This document shows positions 25,935 through 37,690 of a DNA stretch of 64,000 bases, in pieces (the stretch's first letter is position 1; each line of letters opens with the position of its first letter). Origin of the DNA: Vicugna vicugna (taxonomy: Eukaryota); the NCBI GenBank assembly GCA_013265495.1, contig MU058290.1:124001-188000 (forward strand). Direction: 5' to 3'. The position numbers were made by a program, and so were the translations under genes. The notes below the pieces were generated by a model, which did no database searches, had not been told where the DNA came from, and worked only from the letters and a program-made list of their open reading frames with translations.

Positions 25935-26132
25935 CTCCTGTCTGCCTGTCCCCCTCTCTCCCTGCTGCAGTCTTGACCACTGGTCCTCCTCCACCCTTCC
26001 CTCCTGCCCTTCGTCTCTCTGGCTCTCTTCCTCATTCCTTCCTTGTTTCTGTCTCTCTCCTCCACTTTCTCTCTCTCCTTCCCTTTTTCCTTTTCTCTCC
26101 CTTCTTCCTTCATTTTTCCCTCTCTTATCCAC
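25935..26132 (+). repeat. Pyrimidine-rich low-complexity tract in the RNASE9 intron
   Basis: Nearly pure C/T sequence; it explains the overlapping R/E/G/K-rich spurious ORFs. Confidence 0.8.
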
Positions 26133-26387
26133 AGTCTTCTAGACTGACTAGAGGCTTAGGAAGGTCACCTTTTCATAAATAGTTTAGGGATATTTAAACA
26201 GATTTTGAGTTGTCCATTTTTTTTAAATCTGGCAATCCTCATTATTTTTTTATTGAGTTATAGTCAATTTGAGTTGGACATTTTTAAATGGTCCAGAATA
26301 TTAGAGCTCAGAGCAGCAGGAGGTGGTCGAAATGGGCCCTGCCCAGGACAAGAAGCACACAGGGGATCACAGTAGAACCTAACTCCT

Positions 26388-26408
26388 GGCCTCTTGTGTT
26401 CCCTTCAG
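26388..26408 (+). promoter_or_regulatory. RNASE9: Splice acceptor of the RNASE9 coding exon (exon starts 26409)
   Basis: cctcttgtgttcccttcag|gaaaatATG, AG at 26407-26408. Confidence 0.8.
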
Positions 26409-26414
26409 GAAAAT

Positions 26415-27062
26415 ATGTGGACTCGGATCCGTGCACAGCCCCTGCTTCTGCTGTTCCTGCTGCTGAAGCCACTGCAGTTCCAATGGATAAATGACCCTCA
26501 GTTTCCAGCAGACAAACTTGAAGAATTTGAAGATTATTTAGAATATTTATTTGGCACAGGACCTACCAGGCCACCTACCAAAGAAACATTCAAAAGCCGT
26601 GTCATTGTTGATCGTGAAAGACCATTATATGATCCAGACTATTGTACTGAAGAAATAAAAATGAAAAATGTTCACAAAAAGTTACTTTGCGTTAAAGAAC
26701 ACTTTTTCCTCCAGACAACTTATGAGGACATGCAACAGATCTGTCTCGATATGTTTGTGCCCTGTAAGAATGGAGTGAAGAGATGTCACAGGAGCAAGCA
26801 GCTAGTCAAAGGAGTGCATTGTGTTTTACAAAGTGGGTACAGGATGCCAGAATGTGTGTACGAATCTTCTTACACGGCAGGCAATGTCCTTCTCACTTGT
26901 GAATGGCAAAATGATATTGATGATCTTTTTCCTGCTAATGTAAATGATATTGAAAAAATATCTAGCATAAACCTTCTTTCCAAAAGGAATCTATCTTACA
27001 CCCACCGTTCCAGAAGAGGATTCTCCAAGAGGTTAGCAGGAGAGGCTAGGACCCTATCCTGA
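26415..27062 (+). CDS. RNASE9: Ribonuclease 9 (inactive RNase A family, epididymal), single coding exon, 215 aa
   Basis: The first ATG after the acceptor is at 26415 (MWTRIRAQPLLLLFLLLKPLQF, signal-like). Acidic EEFEDYLE and TGPTRPPTKE segments resemble RNASE9 as I recall it. All 8 canonical RNase Cys are present (YC, LC, IC, PCKNG, RC, HC, EC, TC). The CKxxNTF motif is degenerate (CVKEHFF). The ORF-track start at 26394 lies in the intron. Confidence 0.95.
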   Translation: MWTRIRAQPLLLLFLLLKPLQFQWINDPQFPADKLEEFEDYLEYLFGTGPTRPPTKETFKSRVIVDRERPLYDPDYCTEEIKMKNVHKKLLCVKEHFFLQTTYEDMQQICLDMFVPCKNGVKRCHRSKQLVKGVHCVLQSGYRMPECVYESSYTAGNVLLTCEWQNDIDDLFPANVNDIEKISSINLLSKRNLSYTHRSRRGFSKRLAGEARTLS

Positions 27063-27353
27063 TTGATCCTTACAGGTCAAAAGTGAGAATGGGAATTTTG
27101 GTCCCATTCCTTTTAATCACCCATTTTAGCCTCCCTTTTCCCCCAACACCATGCAAAGGCAAGGTGGCCTAGGTGAACAGACAGTGCTCTGAGGTGTGGT
27201 TTCAAGCAACTCACCCAATTTGGCACTTGTGGAATATGTTATGAGGATGAACCCCTGCAGGGAAAGGATGACCAGCACCAAGAGCAAAAGGAAATGGTTG
27301 CCTGCCGTGTGCTCCAAAGTTGTATTCCTGTGAACCCCTAGTTCAGTAGAAAT

Positions 27354-27420
27354 AATAAAGTGCATTGACCCAGCAAAGTGTCTCTGCTATGGTTATGTGG
27401 GGTTTCTGGGTTTGGGCTTA
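27354..27420 (+). terminator. RNASE9: RNASE9 poly(A) signal with downstream GU-rich element
   Basis: AATAAA at 27354-27359, followed about 30 nt later by tatggttatgtggggtttctgggtttggg. Confidence 0.7.
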
Positions 27421-28413
27421 GCCTTCTCTGTGGCACAATTTGCACCAGAAAGAATTTGGAGCCCCCTGAGAAGTTCTGAGATTCATCTTTCTAGTGCTGT
27501 ATTTGTGGATATTCCCCTTGTTTTATTCTGTCCATACAACACAATGCTCGTGGGAACACGAAGGTGTAGATTCTAATAGGAGGCATCTCAGGATAAATAC
27601 CTAAATATTCAGAATAGTAAACTCCCCAAAGTACTTCCCGATTCTCCGATGCTACGTTGCTGGAGGTCCGCATCTGTGCTTTAGCTTAGACATCACTCTT
27701 CTCAAATCTGCAAACAATTCCTCACTTTCCGGCATAGTCACCTATATTCACAATTCCTTTTCCTCACTTTCTTGCCAGTGTGGCTTTATCTGAGGATATT
27801 CCACTTCCAAAAAAGGCTGGAGAATCAGTATGATCAAAGAAATCAGTGTGTCCACTTTAGGTAATAACCTGTCTCTCTTTGTAAAATTCCTCAATATCTT
27901 TTTCCCATTATTCCCTATCACTTACTGAAAATGGGCTAAGGAGGAGTGATGGGGATGGGAGGGAGAGCGCCTATCACTCTGGCACATTTCGTCACCATCC
28001 CATCTGGGCATCTTCTCCCAATTCCGTCTCCTTGTCTTCAGACTCAGCGCTAAGGTCCAACTGAGCAATTGGTTGATGTCCTTAAGGGCTTAGGGCCAAT
28101 GGCTGCCAGACCCCATGTCAGTGACTCAGGAAAGGACATTAGAAAATCAAGCCTGGAGACACCACTCTTCACATGGAGACTCATGGCTTTTCATTGTCAT
28201 GTCTGAGTGAATGAGGACCCCATCAAACTTCTGAGAATCTCCATGACCCTCTCTAGCAGCCAACCTTCTGGACATCAGTTAAAGAAGATCTGCGCTTAGG
28301 CTAGACTGCCTCTGTGCTGTAGACCATCTGGTCCGGGCCATGTTTGTCTCATCTACCTTGGGGTTACACAACACACAATAAATAGATTTGTGAGACTATG
28401 GTGTACTACAATA

Positions 28414-28973
28414 ACATAAGAATGCTTTGTTAAGGCATAATTTGACATTTCACTTTTATTGCTGCAGAATTTTGGAAAAGAAAGAAATGATTTCTGTAAG
28501 ACAAAAAAGTTTTCTGTAACATGAGACTTTGGGGTCTTGAAGGCTGAAAGGTATGTTCAAGGCTTTTGTGTTCAATTTTAAATTTTTCAGCTATCTGGTA
28601 AGTGAGAGCAAAAAAACCCGCTATGTTCAGTATTCAGATAACTTATAATGGAAAGAGGAACTGTGATGATGTCAATCATCACCCACACACAAAAAATGAA
28701 CTTTCTGGTTTACTAGGACAAATTCAGAAAATTTGATTTTTCCAATTAAAGAACAAAGGTGGAAGACATATAAAATAATAGGTAAGTTTTGCTGCCACCT
28801 TTGAGAGTTGGGGATTTAATGCATAGATATTGGATGTAGAAAAAAAATTCACTCTTTTCTTGCACCTGAGTTTGAGAAGCAATTTCATATTGAATATATT
28901 TTCATATTTCTTTCAAGCTGTAGTTGGTTTTTGAAATTTATTTTTGGTGTCTGTTGCCAATAGAGATTATTAT
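28414..28973 (+). repeat. Locally duplicated block, copy 2 (RNASE9 3' flank; paralogous to 19011-19553)
   Basis: Same shared words in the same order and orientation. Confidence 0.9.
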
Positions 28974-28979
28974 GAATAT

Positions 28980-29240
28980 AGACATGATGTCTGAAGCCAG
29001 AGCAGCCATCCTGGACCCTGACATATGAAGTCACAAGCTCTGTTTGGTAGAGCAAAAGAATAGAAAAGGCCTGGTATCTTACACCATGGAGAACCATACT
29101 GGAGCTGAACTGCAGTTCCCTGCAGACTCCCTGGACTGCAGAAAAAGAAATATGAGAGAGAAATAAACATGTATCTATCTGATTTCAGCCACTGCTATTT
29201 GAAGTTTTCATCACTGTCAAACCAATTCTAATTAGTGCAT
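28980..29240 (+). mobile_element. MLT1-like LTR 3' half
   Basis: gcagccatcctggaccctga...gagagagaaataaac...agccactgctattt. Confidence 0.65.
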
Positions 29241-29649
29241 TCAGGAATCGGGAAGGGGGCACAAAATCATGTGAGACATAGGTGGTTACTATTAAATGAT
29301 CCTGTCAATAACCCCCGACTGACAAGGCCTGAGGAGATTTAGGTTGCCCAAGTCTAGGCCTGGTGTCGTTTTTAAAAATTACCTGTAATAATATCCTTAT
29401 AACACAGAAGCACAACAGAGACACTGTGATGGGGAAATTCTTCCTTTAGACTGTCCATTCCCAACGCTTGACCTCAAACACTCTGGCACGAAAGAGCAAC
29501 GAAGGAAAACTCAAACATAAAGATTAGTAGGAATAACTCTTAGGCTGGGAATCACAGTTAGGTTACATTACCAACTTATTTACAAGGGTGGAAGTCCACA
29601 GAAATTCTTTACTCTTCATTAGCCTCTGATGATCCTTTTTTTCTTTTCC

Positions 29650-29782
29650 CTAATTTTTTTTGGGGGGGTGGAGATAATTAGGTTTATCTGTTTATTTATT
29701 ATTTTGGTGGAGGTACTGGGGATTGAACCTAGGATCTTGTGTATGCTAGGCATGCACTCTACCACTGAGCTATATCCTCCCC
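29650..29782 (-). mobile_element. tRNA-derived SINE (Vic-1-like)
   Basis: taattaggtttat...ggaggtactggggattgaacctagg...ctctaccactgagctatatcctcccc. Confidence 0.85.
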
Positions 29783-31774
29783 AATCAGATGATTCTTCTA
29801 AATTTTGAGACTACTGCAGGAGGAAAGTGAGGCTTTTTGGTCAACCTTTCAGCTCTCTAAGCCCCAAGCCATGACACAAACTGAGATTCCCCGTGCTCTG
29901 CATCTTCCACATCCATGTCATAACTGATAACCACAGGTTGCAAGACAGTTTTGTGAGATACCTAAAATGTAGTCAGGTATCAACCGACTTTATGAACTGA
30001 AGAATAAAATTTCAAGTGACATTTAAAAACCTAAGGAAGAACTATGGGATTTAATTTTTTTTTATATTAACCAACTTAATTCTCACGGTTAAAACCGAAA
30101 GAAATTTTGTAATAGGTGTTCTGGAAAAACTGCTTTGAGCGCATCCAAAACCCCACATCAAGCCTTACGCCTTCTGTTCCACAATAACCTGATGCTATTG
30201 GCACACCCCCGGGGGCTGCTCAGAGATCAGTGTACAGAAAAACCCTAATGATCCTGAGCCTGGAGCCTGCCCTGGGAAATTCTGTGTCTAGCTGAGGGCC
30301 AAGAAAGTCGAATTATGACTCTGGACCTTACCGGAGACCTTGAGAAACCCCTGGGGGCACAGCAGGGCATGATCAAAGGAGAGCATTGACAGGTTAAAAA
30401 CACAAATGCAGGAGACACAGAACATTCTGATATTGTATTCCACACACTATTGACCTTATTTCGACTCATTACTCAAGATATAGAGAGGTCAACTGTTATT
30501 CCTAAGTGGGAACAGGTACTGATAACAATCATGAAGCAATATATCCAGGCTTCAATAGCCTGTAAGTATAAAATAAGGTTACATTTCCATTAAAAAACAA
30601 ATTTTAAAGATTTCAGCAGCCCGTGTCTCCAAACAGGAATATAATCTTCCTTTAAGATCCTTGGGCAGATTCTGAGGCCCCGGTGGTGCTAACTTTGTGC
30701 ACTCTCACACTTCAGGTCCTTCCCACTGCTCTCTCTGGAGGGGTCGTGTCCACTGACTGTCCTGTCCGAGGATGTCATAGGCCTGTCTTCACACTGGTGA
30801 TGCTGCTTCCAACATTGCCCAGCTTCAGGGGAAAGAGCACTTCTTCCTCTTTCTTTTAGGTCTCTCCTTCCCTTATTTGTGATTAGATAGAAATGTCTTT
30901 AAATGTTAAAAAAAAAAAGACATTAAAAAATACAAACAATAATAAGATATGTAGATGTTAACATCCTTGCATAAGCAAATAATTATCTGATTTGTAGTTG
31001 TCACTAAGATGTACATTTATGTTTTGTGTACTTTTCTCTAACTATATTATACTTCAATTTTAATATATTTAATTTTTTCTGTATCAAAGCAGAATTACAT
31101 TTAAAACCCAATATACATTGACAAATTTTCTTGCCAAAAGCTATAGCAATACATACTCTCACAAAGAGTTTCTCAAATCTTTCTAATGTTTATTATCAAA
31201 TATATCTCATTCTACTTGATAAAAAATTGTTTGCCTGGTTATTAATGAGGTTAAACATCTCAAATGCTTACTGGTAATTTATTCTTTTCTTCTTATATAT
31301 ATATTTTTATTGAAGTATAGTCAGTTTACAATATTGTGTCAATTTCTGGTGAACAGTTATAATTTTGTTTTGATTTCCTATTCATATATTATGCATATAT
31401 TTCCACTGGGTTATTTATGTTTATCTACTGATTTTGAGAGTACTTTACATACGATGGGCATTAAACCTCCTAGCAAATGCTGCAAATAATTTTTCTATTT
31501 GGATATTTCTTTCACAAATTTGCTTATGACATCTTTCGTCATCCAGAGGTGTTAAAATTTATACATTGAATTATGACTGATAGTTTGCATCTCCATTAAG
31601 ATTATAAATACATTTTCCTATATTTTCTGCATTGCTTTTATGTTATGATTTTTAAACATCTTACATTTAAAATATTTAATTCATATGAGATCTTTTTTAG
31701 CGTACAATGCAAGGTAGGAATTCCAACTCTACTAATTTTCCCATGTGTCTTCACTAGCTTGAAATTCCACTATT

Positions 31775-34250
31775 TCAGCTCCTGGCATGGTAGAGTAGGT
31801 GGTTTTACAGCAGCCTTTTGCTATAATAATTGGAAGAGCTGGAAACAAAAAGAGTTTTTAGATCTCCTTGACAGCACCAGAGAGTATAAAGTGAGTGATG
31901 AATTGCAGAGCTAAGTTTTAAAAAAGGAGAGAGCTAAACCTGGCATTTGGGGTCACGAGACTTCCCCCTTCAAGGCAATGCCAATTTCAAAAGTGGCCTA
32001 CGAGAAGCCAAGAATAGAGTTAATCAGAATCACAGGCATGAGGAAACCAAACTTAAAATTCAAGACCCTGGAATGAAGAGACATCTGGTAAGATCCAAGT
32101 CTTTAATCAGAATGCTGAGATATCCTAGGGGTAAGAATGAACCAGATATAGACCTACCCTCACAGAGACTAAATCCAAGCCTTGAAGCCTTAAAAGCCTG
32201 ATGAATAAGTTCAAGTAAGATTGCTAATGGTCCAAGCCCTACTTCTTACAAGAAGCCAAAGGAAAACCTCATGGAAGGAAATAACATCTTCCAGACCTCA
32301 AAGCATCTTCACAATTTTTCAAATGCCATGTTCAATATACCATGAAAACAACACATATACAAGAGGACAAGGCACGATCGTGAAAGCCAAGAACAAAGAG
32401 GCTGGGAAAACAGATGACGCCCACATAACCTAAGAAGCAGAGTTATTGGCCAAGTGTTTTAAAATAATCAATATGTCCAAATACATAAAAACATTCCACA
32501 CACAAATACAGTGTGAAGTCCAGTTCCAGCACCACAATACGACCTCCGAGATGTCCACTCCTGCTGTGCGTGCCCTGCACTGCTGGCCCCCGTGAGGGTG
32601 GCGGGAGCAGATGGAGAGTCACTTTGTGATGTCATGGTTTAGGGAACTGTTGACTTTAAGACAGGAAGATTATCCTTGCTGGGCCTGATTTGATTAGGTG
32701 ACTGGGATCTTCTAAAAGAGGAGGTTTAAAGCTTGCAGGGATTTGATGTGAGGGGATTCTCCACTGCTGGCTTTAAGATGGAGTGGGAACATGGCAGGGA
32801 AAGCAGGTAGCCTCAGGTTGCTGGATTTTCTTTATTTTAAGATGAAATATGCTTGTCTAAGGCTACACATTAGTTCTATTTGTTTGCAGAGTTCATTCTT
32901 TTCACATGCTGAATTGCTTCCGTATCTCTTTGAAGATTGTACTTACAAAACATGAAGTAAAAGGAAAATCACAAAGCAGAAACTAGAGGACAAAGCCTTA
33001 ATAATTAATAATTCAAGGCTAAGACCTCAAATTAGTGTATTCTGAGTTATTTGAGAGCTATGCTTTTATAAAACAAAACCAGGATGCTGTGAAAAAGTAA
33101 CAACAGAAAAAGAATAAACACTTGGAAAATAAACATATTAGTGTCAGGAGAAATGAAAGAAACAGCATTAGGGTCAGAAGAGAAAGTCAAAGAAATTTCT
33201 GAGAAATTCATTTCAAAATGTGAGGAAAGTGTAGAAGAGAGAAGGAAATCCAAGAGATCCAATATCTAATTAACAGAGTTTCAGAAAGAAAAAAGGAAAG
33301 TTGAAACCTGAATGAAGTAAATTTCCCAGACCTGAAGATGTGAGTTTCTAAATTAAATCCTACCATTACCACCAGCCCTCCTCCCCCAGGGCAGGACCCA
33401 ATGACTACACTTCAGTGTATCAATGCGAACACTGAGAACTCAGTCATAAAGAGATCCTAAAAGCTCGCTAGGGAAATTAAAAAAAAAAAACACCATGATT
33501 TACAAAGACTCAAAATGGCATCACGCTTCTCCACAGTAGTGCTGGGTGATGGGAAACTATGAAGCCATGTGTTTTCCCAACTCTGAGGAGAAACTATTGT
33601 CAATCCAGAATTCCAAACCCAGGCAAATTATATCCAATCTGAGAAGAGAATAAATACATTTTCCAGTATGCAAGAGCTCACAAAATATACCTCCCAAGCA
33701 CACCTTCTTGTGAATTTACTTGGCAATAGTCTCCAACAAAGATAAAAAGAAGAGAGTAGACCAAGAAAGAACAGAGATGGGATCCAGACAACAGTGATCA
33801 CAGGATTACAGCTGAAGAACAGACCTACTGGGGCAGAGGCGCTAGGAGAGAAATCTCTGGGGAAAGGCAAGGACTTGATAGGAAACTCAATTTGATTGAG
33901 AGGACGGATGAACGGGAACTAAGCATAACGAGATAAAAAAAAAGACAACAGTAAATTTGAGGGGATACAAAATGTTTTTAAACATTATGGTGTTTCTGGA
34001 TCTTCAGAAAACATTATTTGCACATTCAAAATAACAGAATTACTTTGTATTGATTTTTAGTGTTACAGTAAATGAACCTGTCTTAATTTTAATTATAGAA
34101 TGATATATCAATGTTAACAATCATGACAATGTAAAACAAAGCACAGGTGACTGAAGCTGGGAGATAGAAAGAGAATGAAGGGAAAGATAAGGATGCTAGT
34201 ATCCTCATCTTGCAGAATAGAAACTTAAAATGTACAGCGCGTAGATATTA
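31775..34250 (+). mobile_element. Ancient L1M/HAL1-like 5'/ORF1 region with an MLT1-like insertion (about 32490-32830)
   Basis: A-rich degenerate ORF1-like sequence (agatccaatatctaattaacagagtttcagaaaga, atttcccagacctgaag, ccagaattccaaacccaggcaaatta). MLT-like ccactgctggctttaagatggag. Confidence 0.55.
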
Positions 34251-34251
34251 A

Positions 34252-34603
34252 TGTTACCAGGAAAAGGGAAATAAGAATTACCTCGGTTCTTACTCCCCGA
34301 AAAAAAATTTTTGACAAGAGACAAAAAGCGTGATATAAACAAGATTTTTATTAGTGAAGGAAAAAAAAGTAAAAGATAGTACACGCCCAAGAATTGGGAC
34401 CAGGCCAATCCAAGAGGAAAAATGGCGCCATTCCTTCGTTTTTCTTGTGTTTATATCCTGGTTTCATGATTGATTGATTGATTGACAACTCAGGTTCCCT
34501 GTGCTCTGGTTGACTGACAGCTCAGGTTCCTTGTGTTCTGGGTTGTTCCTTTCCCCTTCCTCTCCCCCTCCCCAGTGCTCATTTCTACCTAAACTACCTA
34601 ACA
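34252..34603 (-). mobile_element. ERV1-class solo LTR
   Basis: tgtta...taaca termini, 4-bp flanks ttaa/ctaa, minus-strand AATAAA (about 34346) and TATA (about 34450), and an internal tandem repeat of about 32 bp (tgacaactcaggttccctgtgctctgg / tgacagctcaggttccttgtgttctgg). Confidence 0.75.
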
Positions 34604-35211
34604 CTAAGACTAACAGATACTAAGAGCGTTAGTATGTAATTAGGTTAGATAAGCAACAGAAAAACTAACATATAGCTATATTAGGAAGAAGAGGAAAGGG
34701 GAGCGAGGTGACACTGAGCTAAGCCTTGATAAAATGAAGCCAATAGACACTTGGTAGATTAGTAAGTAGACGAAGAAATCTTTTATAGAGATAGTAAAGC
34801 AAGAGCTAGAAATGGTGCCTCTTGGCCCCATCTGGACTTGAATGGACAGTTAGAAAGTGATATGGAGAGAGATTGTAGATTTAACTGTGGGTATGTATTG
34901 TTTTGATAAATGCAAAATGTGACCTGAGTTTCTATTCAGGATGATTTTTTTTAAAAACCATAGAAACATATGGTAGTGATGATTGGACAGCATTGTGAAT
35001 GTAATGAATCCCACTGAATTGTGTACTTAAAAATGATGAAAATGGCAAGTTTTATATTTACATATATTTTACTACAGCAAAAAGTGTGACCTGAGGTCAG
35101 ATTTATCTTTCACTGAGTCCACTTCTTATGATATCTCTGCTTAGGGAAATAATTAGTCCTAGAATTCCAGAAGATGGATTTAAGTGACCACAACAGTGAA
35201 GATTAAAGAAC

Positions 35212-35642
35212 ATAACGCCATTTGCAGCAGCATGGATGTTACTGGAGAATGTCATTCTAAGTGAAGTAAGCCAGAAAGAGAAAGAAAAATACCATATGAG
35301 ATCGCTCATATGTGGAATCTAAAAAACCAAAAAACAAAAAACAAAAATATAAAATAGAAACAGACTCATAGACATAGAATACAAACTTGTGGTTGCCAGG
35401 GGGATGGGGGGTGGGAAGGGACTGGGATTTCAATATACAGACTAGATAAACAAGATTGTACTGTGTAGCACAGGAAAATATATACAGGATCTTGTGGTGG
35501 CTCACAGCGAAAGTGAAATGTGACAGTGAATGTATGTATGTTCACGTATAACTGAAAAATTATGCTCTAGACTGGAATTTGACACAATATTGTAAAATTA
35601 CTATCTCAATAAAAATATGTTTATATAGAAACCAAAAAAAAA
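35212..35642 (+). mobile_element. 5'-truncated camelid-type L1 3' end
   Basis: ctaagtgaagtaagccagaaagagaaagaaaaataccatatgag...; poly(A) tail; flanked by aaagaac (35205-35211 / 35643-35649). Confidence 0.9.
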
Positions 35643-36839
35643 AAAGAACTGTCGAATCTTGGAATTACACAGGTCATTATGAGGATATTTGATTATTTCT
35701 AGATATGACTCTGCTTGTGCAGATTTTATTCTCCCTCAGTAGGACCTGCCAACAGAGAAAGTTTCTATCTTACAACTGATTGACACTTTTTTTTTTTGGT
35801 AAATCTAGTCTTGGGACTTTAAATCTTTTTCTATTTTAGGGTTAACATTAAAAGAGTCACTTAAAAATTGGTTGAGATGACTAAGCCGAGCAAAACAAAT
35901 AGATGACGAGAGGAGCCAGCGAGAAGATGCCTGGGTGTGGGAACAGTTTGTCGGGCTGGTAGAGATAATCTCAGGAGTGGTAAACACTGATGATAGCATT
36001 GCTCACAGAAAGGCACTTGGCAAGGCTGAAATGGGGTGAATGATGGGATACCCATGCTTGCACCACCGGGCACTGTGATGTAATTTTCCTCCAGGGGAAA
36101 TTCCTGAACCATGTTTTCTCTATTTTCCTAAATGAACCCAGATTTATTACACTGTATGCATGACTGATGATACTATGCAGTCATCATGAATAACCCACTC
36201 AGAGTTTTTAATCTGTGTTTACAGAGTAACAAAGAGTGTAGGTACAAAAAGAGGGTTTGTGAGGGTTTGTGTCAGGAAGTAGAGAGAATCTTTAGGAAGA
36301 GGAGACAGAGTCCCTAAGAATTGGTCTACATGTGGCCCGTTCAGTTAAAAGTATGCAAAGTTAAATAATAATGAGATGTCTTATTTTGCCTATCAAACTG
36401 TCAGAGATTAAAATAAAAGACGATACCGAATTATGCAAAGGATATAGTGGCATGGGTCCATTCTATCTACTGGTGATGGGAGCATATCTACAACTTCACT
36501 TCAGTAAATAATAGGTACCTAAAGCTTTAAGGTTTGTACTCTTTGACCTAATAATTCCACTTGGGAGAATTTAAGAAAAAGAATCTGTGCAGACTATTTA
36601 TTGTTAGAAGTCACCATAAAGTCCAAATGTTAAAAGGGGAAGAGTTAAATGAATCACAATGCATTAATCAAATAGAATAATATATAACTAGAAGGACTTT
36701 TAAAACACAGAAAATGCTAATAATTTTCAAAAGATATAACACTTCTTCCCTTTCATTGGCTTATTTCCCCTTCCCTTCCGTTTTGCTTGTTTCCTATTCC
36801 CTTCCGTTCTTTTCCCTTTCTTCCCTTCCTAAACAATAT

Positions 36840-37690
36840 GGTTCTGAAGCCATTAGATGGGGCAAAGCGAGGTAGGTCTCCAAAAGGAAGATCAGCCTGG
36901 CATGGGGACTCGGAAGCCAGAGCCTGAGAGAGGTGAAAAGAACCTCTTCGTCAGGAGTGAAGGGGAGCGAGGGTGAGGCATGAGGTGGGAAATCCGGCAT
37001 GGAGAGTCTGAGCCTGAGCAGGCAGAGGAGGTGTCCTCTCAGAGGGGAACCAGTGTGGGGTACGAAAACCCAAATGGGGACCATCCATGGAGGGGGCCGC
37101 CTGGCACAGACTGTCAGAGTCAGAGTAGGCAAAGGGCATCCACACGGAAGGGGGACAGTGGCAACAACTGAAGATTAGTTACGTACATGGAAACTGATCA
37201 AATAAGTAAATATACTAAAGAAAATACGGTAGAAGGAGGTTATAAATATGGAAATGGAGATATAAATATGGAAAGGAAGAAAATTAATATGACTGTGGGG
37301 TTGGTTGGAATTGGAGGGACTGGTGTGAAATCATGGTTTTCAATGAAAATACATAAATAAAATACATGCAAATGTGTGTTTATGTGTGATTGCATCCTTT
37401 TGCATCTTTGTATTCTCAAGCTCTATCCACTAACGGAGCCTTGGAACTCTTTCATCCTAACAACAATGAACACACATCTAGCACCTGGACCTTGGTTTCA
37501 AACTATTGTTCTCCACTAAAACAATCAGTTCTCTTTAAAGAAATGACTGGTTCCGGGGCAAAAAAAAATTGTAAGATGAGCTTCGATCTCTTGCTGTTTC
37601 TCAAGGCAAAGAAGTGCCTAAAGAATGCTGGGCACATGTCAAAAGTGCACAGAAGCCAGATTAGAAGGGCTTCCACTAGTTCTGGGACAG
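36840..37690 (+). mobile_element. Old L1 (L1MC/MD-like) 3' UTR
   Basis: gatcaaataagtaaatata, cacatctagcacctggaccttggtttcaaacta, ctttaaagaaatgactggttcc. Confidence 0.6.

Noticed and set aside
25618..26182. Cluster of ORFs upstream of RNASE9
   Set aside because: Produced by a low-complexity pyrimidine/purine tract in the intron.
26394..26414. ORF-track start MCSLQEN for RNASE9
   Set aside because: Non-ATG start inside the polypyrimidine tract; the first ATG after the acceptor is at 26415.
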